DNA from: Torpedo marmorata
Taxonomy: Eukaryota
Direction of reading: 5' to 3'
DNA length: 64,000 bases
Assembly: GCA_977017645.1 (NCBI GenBank)
Contig: OZ360241.1
Span: forward strand, 70,370,001-70,434,000
Shown piece after piece: positions 25,486 through 36,743 of this stretch. A program made the position numbers and the translations under genes. Numbering within the stretch: the first letter of the stretch is position 1; each line of letters starts with the position of its first letter. The notes under the pieces were generated by a model. The model was not told the DNA's origin. It made no database searches and saw only the letters and a list, made by a program, of their open reading frames with translations.

Positions 25486-26644
25486 TATTATTCCAGAATA
25501 AGAAGAACTGGAATCATGCTTATTAGTTCCAATAATGAAATTTTGTTTTGTCTTTAGTCTTTGGCATAGTAATACTTTTGAACTTTAAGAAGTATGAAAT
25601 TAGGTCTTTTATTTATTTTTAAACCATCTCCAAATGTTGCATGGAGAAAGGGAACCAGATTACCTCTCTATGGAATATTTATGGTCAGGAGGATCTAAAC
25701 TGTTTGAACCACGAAGATGAGTAAATCTTCGGCCCAATTTCTCCCTCCAGATTCTTGTTTCTCCCTCTCCCCAACACCACAAATTTATCTGGTTTCCTCT
25801 CTCTTCCATAAGTGCTCAAAACATCTAATCTATCACTCGTCTGCCACAACTCAACCGAACAATGTTCCATGGAACCCATTCCATCCCAATCGCTGGGTTA
25901 ATTCTCCAACAAACACAGTGTTTCCATTGTAGGTCTGACTCTACTCCTCACCCATCATTCCACCCTCTTCCCCCTGCAACTTGTGACTTTGCAAGGTTTG
26001 ATCTCCATTCATATTGTAAACAAACCCATATCCTGTCGACACCAGTGTCTGTTCATGAACATTAGCATTCTCCATTGACCAGGGAAGTAGACATTTTCCC
26101 CAATATGCCGTTTTGTATTCAAAAAGTCAAAAAATAAAAGGGCAGGCACTAGAAATCTCAAATAAGAACATAAAATACTGGAAATACACAGCCGGTCAGG
26201 CAAGCATTCATAAGGAGAGAAGCAGAGTTAATGTTTCAGATCACAGACCCATCATCAGAGCAGAAGGGGAAAGGTTAAGCTGCAAGGAGAATGGAAAATT
26301 TGTGATAGGATAAAACCAGGGTGACCACGTTGTAAACAGGCTTATCTTGCCAATGAGCGAATGGGAACAATTAGAGAATAAGATCAGAGACAAGAATACA
26401 GGAATTGATGCCCCACTGGTCAGGTTAGGCATGTCCTCCACTTCCCACCACTGTTTATATTGTTTTGTCTATGCTCTCACTCTAACCGAGTCCTATCAGA
26501 GTCATCCCCTTACCCCCCAACCTGACTGTAGCTTAATGAATTTCTTCTCCCTCTTTCCCAGTTCTAATTAAGGGTCTTCAACGTGAAACGCTAACTCCCT
26601 TTCTCTTCCTACAGAAGAAGCTTGACTTGCGGAGTATTTTAAAC

Positions 26645-26897
26645 TTAAATTTTAAATTTAGACATATAGCACGGTAACAGGCCCTTTCAGTCCACGAGCC
26701 CGTGCCGCCCAATTACACCCAATTAGCCTACAACCCCTGGTACGTTTTGAACAGTGGGAGGAAACCAGAGCCCCCGGGGAAAACCCACGCAGACGCGGGG
26801 AGAACGTACAAACTCTTTACAGACATTGCCGGATTCAAACCCGGGACACTGGCGCTGTAACAGCGTTGCGCTAACCGCTATACTAACCGTGCCACCC
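26645..26897 (-). mobile_element. tRNA-derived SINE, full length, nested in a Penelope remnant (about 26160-26925)
   Basis: Similar to 2131-2386; A and B boxes on the minus strand. Confidence 0.88.
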
Positions 26898-27169
26898 TAT
26901 TTCTAGCATTGTCTGTTTTTATGCTGTCCTGGAATGAGTAAGTGGCTATAAGACCACCTAAAATCAGTCTCTGTCTGAGAAACCAGTGCAGTTCCATATT
27001 CCTGGAATTGCAATCAAGAAAAAAGCAACACAGTCTGGAGAGAAGTAAGAAAAATGCATAAGCAGGAGCAATAAAGAAGCCTTATCAGTTCAGATGGCCC
27101 CATGACTAAAATGCTAAAACTATTTTAAAACAATGATGATACTGAAATAACTATTGGCCATCAAATTGC

Positions 27170-27957
27170 TCCCGCGGGGAGCGTGGGAGCGGAGATGCAG
27201 CGCTCCTGCGGGGCCCAGCCGCCCAGTCGACTGCCGTCCGTTCCACACAGGCTTTGAACGGCCCGTTGAGGGAGCCGACGGTGGTTTTATTTGAGATCCC
27301 GCGACCGCGGGGTCTGCGCCCAAGATGGCAGCGCCTTTTAACCAGCAGCAGCCACGAGGGGCTGCAGACTCCGGGGAAGCGGAGGACTGGAGCAGGGCAC
27401 CAGAGGACGGAAAGATCACCCCCGTCTGAGAAGGAGAAGCGGAGGAGACGACCCACGGGACGGTGACCACGGCGGCAGACCAGTGAGGGGCTCTGAGGCT
27501 GAAGGACCAGTGCATGCGGCGGGCTGCTGGCGACTCGAGGCGAGGAATCCGTGGAGGCTGTGGGCTGCTGGCGACTGCTGTCGGGGGACTCGCGCCGGGC
27601 TGCGGACTGCTGGAGGCTGGTTCGAACTGGCTGGAGGAGTACCAGGTATCGGAACCGGGATGTGAGGGGGTGCCGAGGGCGCCCTGACCGTGTTGGAGGT
27701 TTGGATCTGGAGCTCGCGTTGCCGATGGTTTGGACTGGAATCTGTGTGGCTGCGGAGGCTGCGGAAGTGCTGGAATCTACGGACACTCGGTGACTCTGGG
27801 GGGATTCTCTTTTGCTTCTCTTCTCTGACTGTAAGGAATGTAAGAGGCGCTTAGGCAATTTCTGCCAGTGTCGAATCTGTCTGCCTTGCAGCAGGCAAAA
27901 AGAAATTTCATGGAATATGACACTGTCTTATTACTATGACAATAAATTGAATCTTGA
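27170..27957 (+). mobile_element. GC-rich non-autonomous retroposon
   Basis: Family match; ends atgacaataaattgaatcttga, about 150 nt upstream of the semaphorin exon. Confidence 0.9.
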
Positions 27958-28105
27958 AATGAGGATGTGCTAACTACAACTTTAGGGCAATTGAGCTCTG
28001 CATATTAGCATCGCATCATGCTCGTACTAATGCAGCATTAATAATAAGATGTAAATATTGTATTAGTTGTTCTGCATGTTAATGAGGCTCTTGTTTCGTT
28101 CACAG

Positions 28106-28166
28106 GGATCACCTATACAGTGTGGATTTGGATGCACCGGTGGCTGACGAGATATTTTACACGAAA
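28106..28166 (+). CDS. Internal coding exon of a class-6 semaphorin (SEMA6A/6B-like), N-terminal Sema domain
   Basis: Acceptor ttgtttcgttcacAG, then 61 nt (g GAT CAC CTA TAC AGT GTG GAT TTG GAT GCA CCG GTG GCT GAC GAG ATA TTT TAC ACG AAA), then donor GTAAGT. It translates (R)DHLYSVDLDAPVADEIFYTK, matching from memory the SEMA6A segment RDHIYTVDIDTSHTEEIYCSK that precedes KLTW. Phase 2 in, phase 0 out. I cannot assign the paralog and saw no neighbouring exons in the window. Confidence 0.85.
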
Positions 28167-28849
28167 GTAAGTACAGAATCGACAGAATAAACTCTACTGA
28201 ATAATGTGCAAATATCCAACAGAACAACCTTTGCTATTATGTTAATAACATGAAAAATCATCTGCATTGTGCCATCTTTTGTGGCTGTTTATGGCCTTGT
28301 GTTGAAATGGTTATTGAGGCATGAATTAAAGCTCCTCTCTGTCAGTGTGATTAGATTACTGATAGTATTGTTTCACGCTCTTTTTCCACACATCTCCATT
28401 TTCTGTCACTTTCATCTCTAAGGACTCAGTAAGGACTCAAGTACTTGGTTCTGAACATTAAAGCCACAAACCTGACATGATTAGCTGAGATGAACAGTGT
28501 TTCTTCTGTCTTATCACTAAGTGCTAGAGTATGGATTTTGGTCTTAGCCTTTCCCTCAGGATCGAGTTGACATGCTCACTGTCTAGTTCCATGGGACCTC
28601 TGTACATTACCCAAATGACAATATTTAATTGAATCCTTCGGCACCGGAGACCTCAGGAGTGTCTCGCATTCGTCCCATTCTCTCACCCATTCCCCATAAC
28701 CCTGCATTTTTACCTTTTACCAGTATTTATCCAATTCTCTCCATTTGTCCTACTTAACCTTTCTGTTAGGTGATGCAATCCAGAGGATAATTTATGGCTA
28801 AAAGAATTTCCTCTGCTTCCTCTTTTATTTTGCTTGTATGAAGGCCTGA

Positions 28850-29290
28850 GTCACGTTCACAACCCTCTGCAGTGTCTTGTGGTCTTGGGTGGAGCAGTTA
28901 CCAGACCACACAGTGATGCACCATTACCAGATACTTTCAATGGTGCATCTGTGGAGGCAGGTGGCATGCCAAGTAGCCTAAGACATCTAAGGATGTGCAC
29001 AACACTGGAGCACCTTTTTGCCCATTATATTGATGTGGGTCGACCAGGACAGGTAACTGGGGATGTTAACCTATAACAACTTAAAGCTGTCCATTATAAC
29101 AGTGTTGATGTGGATCAGGGTGTGACCTCCGCCCCTCTTCTGGAAGTCTATAGGCAGCTCCATGGTTTTGCTGAGAGGTTGCGCCAAGCCACAAGTCACT
29201 CTATCTCTCTTCTACGCCGCATGTCGTCATTGGTAGAGATCTTCCCTATGATGGTGGTGTCATCCACGAATTTGTATATGAAATTGGAGC
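28850..29290 (-). mobile_element. Old Rex1-like LINE RT remnant
   Basis: Reverse strand reads YKFVDDTTIIG-like (gatggtggtgtcatccacgaatttgta); degenerate. Confidence 0.6.
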
Positions 29291-29329
29291 TGACGGGGAA
29301 GGGATGGGAAAGGTGGAAAAAGGGAAAAG

Positions 29330-29720
29330 AAAACTAGGTGGACAGATGACAGTAGTGGGAGGGGATCACCAGGTCATGTAGGATACCTGAAATTGGAAAA
29401 TTCAGTGTTCGTACCATGGGGTTGCTCCCCAAGTGAACTAGGAGGTTTTGTTCTTCCAATTTGTGTTTGGCTTCCCCATAGCAACGAAGAAGGCTGAGGG
29501 TTGGATAAGAATTAAAATGACATGCAACTAGACTCAAGATGGCTGTTGAGGACTGAGCATGTGTGCTCGTCAATGTGGTTCGTTTGCCTACACCTGGTTT
29601 CCCCATTGTAGGGGAGGGCACAGCTCAGATACCCAATGCAGCAAACCAGCTTGGAAGATGTGCAGGTGAGCGTCTGCCTCATTGCGAAGGACTGTTTATT
29701 GCCCTGGATGATGGTGAGGA
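29330..29720 (-). mobile_element. Old Penelope GIY-YIG remnant
   Basis: ORF 29334-29621(-) contains VACHFNS...KHKLEEQNLLVHLGS. Confidence 0.65.
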
Positions 29721-29819
29721 GTTACAGGAGGAGGTGCCGGAAGACGAGGAGGGGTGGGTGCGGACTGGTGATTTCTCTGGGTCTAATCTGCTCAATTAGA
29801 AAAATGTCAGCTTGCCACA

Positions 29820-30160
29820 TAGAACATTACAGCATAGTACAGGCTCTACGGCCCTTGATGTTGTGCCGACCTATATCTTCCTACCAAAAAAAAAACGAAA
29901 CCCTTCCTACTTCGTAACCCTCTATTTTTCTTCTATCCGTGTGCCAGTCTAAGAGTCTCTTAAATGCCGCTAACGTTTCAGCCTCCACCACATCCCTGGC
30001 AAGGCATTCCAGGCACCTACAACTCTCTGCTTAAAAAAAAACCTTACCCCTGACGTCTCCCCCAAACTTTCCTCCCTTCACTTTGTACACATGTCCCCTG
30101 GTGTTTGCTATTCCTACCCTGGGAAAAAGGCACTGGCTGTCCACCTTATCTATGCCTCTC
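29820..30160 (-). mobile_element. CR1 LINE 3' fragment
   Basis: Reverse complement of the 35296-35670 family. Confidence 0.85.
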
Positions 30161-30783
30161 TATGCCACCTAACTGAACTTCATACCATTCCAGCACATCT
30201 TCTCTGAAGCCTCTCCATGGTCCTCACATTGAAGTCCAGCGCACAGCTTTATAAAAGTTTAACATGCCCTCTCTATTTTCAATTTTCTTTTGTACTTGAT
30301 GCATCCAGCAGTCACTTCAACTTCTTCATCCATTTTCAAAGATTTGAGTGTAAAGCTGCAGACCTCTGTTCCTGAATTCCCTTTTTTGTTTCCATTTAAA
30401 CTGCACCTTCTCCTTCCAAAACGCACCACTTAGAAACACACAGCACAGAACAGACCCCTTACTCATCCATACTGGCCAAGTTGGTATTCTGGACTAGTCT
30501 CATTTGCTTACATTTTGTCCATCTAAGCCCTTCCTATCCATATATCCGTCCAAATATTTAAATTCTACCTGCTTCTACCGTTTCCTTCTACTCTGCTTTC
30601 CCATTTCATCAGATGGTCAATGTATCCCACAAGACGACTGCATTCTTTCTCACTTTTTGCTCTATCTTGTGGCTTGCAGAAACTTGGAAATTTGAAAACA
30701 ACTCTTCACCAACAACCTCTTCTTCATGTCCACATTACTGCTGCCCTGTTAACTCATGGGATGAATTTTCCTTTGACATACAC

Positions 30784-30928
30784 CAGTGGTTCTCAACCTA
30801 TTTTTCTTCCATTCACATACAACCTTAAGTAATCGCTTACTAACCACAGAGCACCCATGGCATTAAGTAATCCTATGGATTACTTAAGGTGACCTGTGAG
30901 CGGGGAAAAAAAAGGTTGAGAACCACTG
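30784..30928. mobile_element. hAT (Charlie-like) MITE, 145 bp
   Basis: TIRs cagtggttctcaacc / ggttgagaaccactg; 8-bp TSD acatacac / acctacac. Confidence 0.9.
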
Positions 30929-31059
30929 ACCTACACCAAAGCATCTGAGGCCAATGGTAGCCAGTTGTAGCTCCCCGAAGGTCAACCAATTCTATAGATT
31001 CAGCTTCAAACCTTACACCACCTCAGTTTGCCTACTGGACACTGTATGGAGCATTGTCA

Positions 31060-31375
31060 TGCAGAGATACAGCTCAGAAATGGGCATTTTAGCACACCAA
31101 GCCTACACTGGCCATTAACTACTCATTCACACTAATCCTCCATTAATCCATGTATTTTATTCTTCCCCATGTTGTCATCAACTCTTTCCAAATTATATGA
31201 TTCACCTACTTGCTAGGTCAAATTTATAGTGGTCATTTAACCTCCCAACCTGCACATCTTTGGGAAGTCGGAGGAGACTGGTGCACCTTAGGTAAACTCG
31301 GAATTACAGGAAGAACATGCAAACTCCACGCAGACAGCACCCATGGCACCGACTCTACCAGCTGCACCACAGTGC
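31060..31375 (-). mobile_element. Degenerate SINE
   Basis: acaggaagaacatgcaaactccacgcagacagcac core. Confidence 0.6.
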
Positions 31376-32047
31376 CGTTCCTAAAGCACTTGTCATCTGT
31401 GCAATCTTGTTAATAATTTATCATAAACGAACATTGAGTCAATGAGCTCATTCTAAATACAATTGAAATTGTACTTAGCACATCCTGGTGAAAATCAGGT
31501 TGTCTGATTTGCATACTATCCTCATTAAGGAAAACACATCAGTACTAATTTAAATAAAGTCAGCATTCATCTTTAGTTCTGAAAAGAAAGTGCCCACCAA
31601 AGCCTTTCTTGTCTGTTGGTGTATGCTGTCAAAATAACGAAAATACTGAATAAATAATATCTGAGATTAATGAATTCCCAGGGTTTTGGGTTTGAAATGG
31701 AATGTCCTTTCAGTCTGACTTTTGCTGAGTAAATGGAATATCACTGCTTGGGTTGGCAGCTCCCTGATATGCTTTCTACTTTTCTATCTCACCCCCTCAG
31801 CATGGAGTGCACAGCAAAAGAACAAAACATTGTCTCAGTTCTTCACAGGAATGATACCTCCGTCACCTGCAGTTCCTGTACTGACCACGTTACAGCCCCA
31901 TAGCGTGTGCAGAATGGATATTGTGACCTTTAGCTTTTATACACTTTGTCTGTTTACAATAAAAAAAGTAGGTCATCTGGTTGAAACAAAAATTTGATTG
32001 TGACTGAACATGTCAAGCAAAGAGCTATGGATTCACTGGGAAAAATA

Positions 32048-32708
32048 GTGGCGCTGCCATAATGGTAACATTGCCACTGATTCGGACGCGGGAGAGCGGA
32101 GACACAGTGCTGTTCCGCAGGGTCCTACCGCCCGGTCCTAATGCCGACGGCTTCGTACAGGCTTTCAACGCCCTGTTAAAGGAGCCAATGGTGTTTTTTG
32201 TAAAATCCTGCAACCTCGGGGTCTGTGCCCAAGATGGTGGTGCCTGTGTTGGGCAGTGTACCATGAGGGGTTGCAGATTCTGGGGGAGCAGCGGGCCGGC
32301 ATGGAGCACCAGAAACGGGGAGAACCTCCCCTGTTGAAAAGGAGAAGCATAGAAGACGACCCTACAAGACGGTGATCACGGCAGCGGAGCAGCAAGGGGT
32401 TCAGTAGCTGAAGAACACACAGGCTGCGGGCTGTTGGCGACTTGCAGTCGAAGGACTCACACCAGGCTACGGGCTACTGGAGACTGCCTCATGGGAACCA
32501 GGGATCGGATCCGGGATTTGAGAGGATGCTGAAAGAAAGAAGGACTCCCGAAGGACCTCGGGCGCTGAAGGCTTCCTGATCATATCGGAGGTTTGGATCT
32601 GGAGCTCGGGTTGCTGATAGTTGCAACTGGAGTCTGTGCAGCTGCAGAGGCTGCGGGAGGGCTGGAGGCAAATCCATGGACACTCAGTGCCTCTGAAGGG
32701 ACTCTCTT
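32048..32708 (+). mobile_element. Diverged relative of the GC-rich non-autonomous retroposon, 3' tail missing
   Basis: Shares gttaaaggagcc, cccaagatgg and ggatctggagctcgggttgc blocks with 50569-51434. Confidence 0.7.
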
Positions 32709-32744
32709 CCAACTGTTTGAGTTAAAGCACAAGAGAGAAGATAT

Positions 32745-33606
32745 AAGTAAAAAACACAAATGCTGGAGAAACTCAGCAGGTCAAACAGTGTCTTTTATGT
32801 AGCAAAGGTAGAAATACATAACCGACGTTTCGGGCTTGAGCCCTTCATCAAAGTATGAGAAAATGCCGGCAGGCGTCCGAACAAATGAGTGAGGGGGGAA
32901 GGGGGGGGAGTGGCAAAGGCAGGAGATGATAGGTGGAGAAAGGAGGGAGGAGGGATGTACACTTCACTTGTACATCCAGAGGACTTATTTACTGCATCCG
33001 GTGCTCCCTTTGTGGCTTTCTCTACATCGGAGAGACCGGTCGTAGATTGGGAGACCGCTTTGCTGAGCACCTCCTCTCCGTCCGCAACAACAGCGACCTC
33101 CCAGTAGCCAGCCATTTCAATTCTGGGTCACACTCCCACACTCACATGTCTGTCCATGGCCTTATGTACTATCCCACCCAGACTACCCGCAAATTGGAGG
33201 AACAACATCTCATTTTCCGTCTCGGCACTCTCCAGCCAGATGGCATTAACATTGACTTTTCTGCTTTCCACTAAACCTGCTTGTCGTTCCCTTCCCCTCC
33301 CCCCTCACCTGTCCTTCCTGTTTTTCTCCACCTACCTAGCCATCCCTCCTCCCCTCTTTGCTGCTGTCCCCTCCCTCCTTTCTCCACCTATCATCTCCTG
33401 CCTTTGCCACCCCCCCTTCCCCCCTCACTCCTTTGTTCGGACGCCTGCCGGCATTTTCTCATACTTTGATGAAGGGCTCAAGCCCGAAACGTCGGTTATG
33501 TATTTCTACCTTTGCTACATAAAAGACACTGTTTGACCTGCTGAGTTTCTCCAGCATTTGTGTTTTTTACTTCAACCACGGTATCTACAGATTTTCGTGT
33601 TTTACT
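32745..33606 (+). mobile_element. Penelope-like element (PLE), 5'-truncated with inverted terminal-repeat copy
   Basis: GIY-YIG ORF 32933-33274 (GLIYCIRCSLCGFLYIGETGRRLGDRFAEH...LEEQHLIFRLGTLQPDGIN); 32745-32954 is an inverted copy of about 33367-33572; 11-bp TSD agagaagatat (32734-32744 / 33607-33617). Confidence 0.93.
33460..33500 (+). ncRNA. Minimal type-I hammerhead ribozyme-like motif in the PLE terminal repeat
   Basis: catact TTGATGA a GGGC tcaa GCCC GAAA C GTC ggttatg: core boxes, stem II, putative GUC cleavage triplet, catac/ggttatg helix I. Has U rather than C at core position 3. Confidence 0.6.
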
Positions 33607-35295
33607 AGAGAAGATATCAGCTTTGGCATAGAGTTATGGAATACAGAATGAAGGAAAGAGGGATATAGCTGAGGAGTTGCATTAACTTGAGGACCTCTGA
33701 AAGAACAAATTGAAAGAAAATGGATGAATCTTAACTGTAAAGGTATGAAAATGCACAACTGGATGTTTTGGTAGGAAAGTTAGAAAGTATAGATGGGGAA
33801 AATTTGGAGAAACAAGAGCATCAAAGTGCAGATGAAAATGATGGACAAGAATGATTGGAGACTGATCAAGCAGTGCCAACACCAAGAAACCTTTCCTTCT
33901 CTGAGACAGAGAGTGAGAGGGATAAGAAGAGTGACATCAGATTTGAAGACACTCAAAGATTTCCTGTGCCAGCCACATTAGAAAAGGACATTCAAACCTT
34001 CTCGTGAGAGTACTCTTGATATATTTTCACTAATGCCATGCCTCCATTGTCAGAAACTTTGAAGTCTGAATCACAGCTTGTTTATAATCGCATCATTGAA
34101 GCTGAAAATTAGGAAGATTAAAAAGAATGGACCAAGTCCTTGATTCCAGTTTCATAATAGCCCACAATATAAACTTGTAAGTCTCCCAGTAGATATATTC
34201 CTCTGATATGTTCTGGTTTATGAAGGACTCACTCCTTAGACCACTATGTCCATTGTTACATGAAGTGTAGTTTCCGATATCATTCACACTGACTATAACA
34301 AAATAACACACAAATCTAGAAAATGCAATTCTTCACAACAGGAGTAGTCTTTTCACATTCTGTGCACACTCTAACCAATGATGGATCACATCCATTATAT
34401 CGTCAAAAGAAAAGTTCTATATAAATGCTTATTGGTCCCCAGAGGTTATGAACCAAACTTCAGAATATTCATTCAGCTTTGCACTACTCCCACTGCATTT
34501 CAATTACCCATCTCCTACCACCCTCATTTTCTACAGACCTTGTATTCTGGGACTCAATACATCCCAGAATTCCAAGGCTTCCCTCTGTCTGACAATCACC
34601 CACTACTACTGTCTGCATACAGAAGACTTACTTTGATATTCCATCTAAATCTATCATCAATATGTGACCAAACTTAGTCAGTTACTACTTCCATTTCACA
34701 GCAAAGCCAACTGCTCTGTTCCTTGCTCTTATACCTGCCTCAGTGATGCAGCAAGAGTCTTTGCTCTGTTATTGTGTGAGATTGTTAACATTGTAAATCT
34801 CACAACCACAAAGCTAAGCTTTTACTAATTGTCAGAGTAATGACATCTGAGAAAACCTACCGTAGGTCATTTGGAAAGTGTTGACGGAGTAGCCATAAGT
34901 TGCAATAGCCAAGATACTCTCTCCACTACGTGGAGGTCACAGAGGCTCTCTTTTGCTTAAGTTGGCTTGCTCCCATCATTGAGTGTTGCCAATACTTTGT
35001 AGATAAAATAGCAACAATGATGTGAAAATGAATGGAAGACAGTCTCATTAATTAGGTACACAACTGCTCTTGGTCAATTCATTATACAGCATAATAAGGG
35101 TTCATCTGAAGAAGTCAATGTCCTACCAGCTAAAGAATTTCCCTTTCACATGTAGGACGGCTGAGTAACTCAATGTAGGGCATCACCACCTTTGGAAAGA
35201 AGAGGAGAGAGGGTGATATAATTTGGAATGTCGAGGTTATGTGACAAAAAGCTTGTTTTAAAAACCTGTGGCTTGGATATCACTTGGAATAACAA

Positions 35296-35670
35296 GTTAC
35301 TAGAGGTCTACAAGATTATGAGAGGCATAGATAAGGTGGACAGCCAGCGCCTTTTTCCCAGGGCAGGAATAGCAAACACCAGAGGACATCTGTACAAAGT
35401 GAAGGGAGGGAAGTTTAGGGGAGACATCAGGGGTAAGTTTTTTACACAGAGAGTTGTGGGTGCCTGGAATGCCTTGCCTGGGATGGTGGTGGAGGCTGAA
35501 ACATTGAGGGCATTTAAGAGACTCTTAGACAGGCACATGGATGGAAGAAAAATAGAGGGTTACAGGGTAGGGAGGGTTTAGTACTTTTTTTATAGAATAT
35601 ATGGGTCAGCACAACATCGAGGGCCGAAAGGTCTGTACTGTGCTGTAGTGTTCGATGTTCTATGTTCTAA
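35296..35670 (+). mobile_element. CR1 LINE 3' fragment
   Basis: ORF 35228-35581: EVYKIMRGIDKVD...TRGH...FFTQRVVGAWNALP; (gttctat)n tail. Confidence 0.92.
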
Positions 35671-36054
35671 GTTCCACAGTCTTGAAATTTTTTTGAAAGA
35701 GTAGGAGGCTGATAATTTAATTACCGGTAGTTTTATTTACTCCACAGGGAGAATGCAGGGAGTAGGCAAATGTCCAGGTCAATGCATTTGAAGTTTAAGA
35801 CCAACTAGAGCAGGAAATGCAGAGGGCATCACTGGTGGAATGCAAAATTAGTGAGACTCTGAGGAGATGGCAAAGTCAACTGTACAAGCAATGTGATTCA
35901 GGAGATAAAGAACTGACCTGACCACGAAGAGGGGGACAAACAGAAACTTGAAGGAGGAAGGTTATTGGGGGAAAAGGCCACATTTAAATTTCTCAGAACA
36001 AAATTCGATGGAACTCCCCTTTTAATTTTGCCACACCTGTCCTTCTGTTCACTT

Positions 36055-36743
36055 GAAATCTCTTGGAACTCTGACTTCTGAAGCAGTAGCTCTAAAAACA
36101 ATGCACAAATTGTCAAGATAATGTATTTCACATTAGGTTCAAATCAACTGTAAAAACAAAAACAAATTACCATGGGATTAGTTTTATGTGGGAGTCATAT
36201 GAACGAGTGTTAGAAATGGATGGCTCTTCAATTGATTGATCCAAGTTCACAGTGTTCCTTTGAGATTTGAAAATGCAAAGTTTGAGTAGTGCTGTTTGCT
36301 TATGCGGCATTAACCCTCTCATTCCTCATCTTCTGCTTCCTTGCATTAGTTTATATCAGTTTAAAAGGTGGTAGAATTTGGAAGACAAGTTGTAAAAATG
36401 TTATTGTCACCAGTGTAGCTATAGAGGTGGCTCAGTGACTGTGTTTGGAATACAATTTTAATTCAGATTTCAGATTTATTGTCAAGAGTACATACATGAC
36501 ATCACATACAACCCTGAGATTCTTTTTCCTGTGGGCAAGGCAGAATTACCACTTATTGGTAGCGCAAAAAAACTACACAACATATACATGTAACAAATAA
36601 AGAGATGTAAACAAGCTGACTGTGCAATACAGAGAGAAAAAAAATCAATAAAGTGCAAAAGTAAGAGTCTTTAAATGAGTCCCTGATTGAGTTTGTTGTT
36701 GAGGAGTCTAATGGTGGAGGGGTAGCAGCTGTTCCTGAGCCTG
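36055..36743 (+). repeat. Left copy of a ~690-bp direct duplication (includes Rex1-A tail 36461-36743, minus strand)
   Basis: Near-identical to 40315-41020. Confidence 0.93.

Noticed and set aside
7074-28166. In-frame MASTL-SEMA6 chimeric protein by splicing 7074 to 28106
   Set aside because: Phase mismatch (0 versus 2). The joined frame reads GSPIQCGFGCTGG and then stops.
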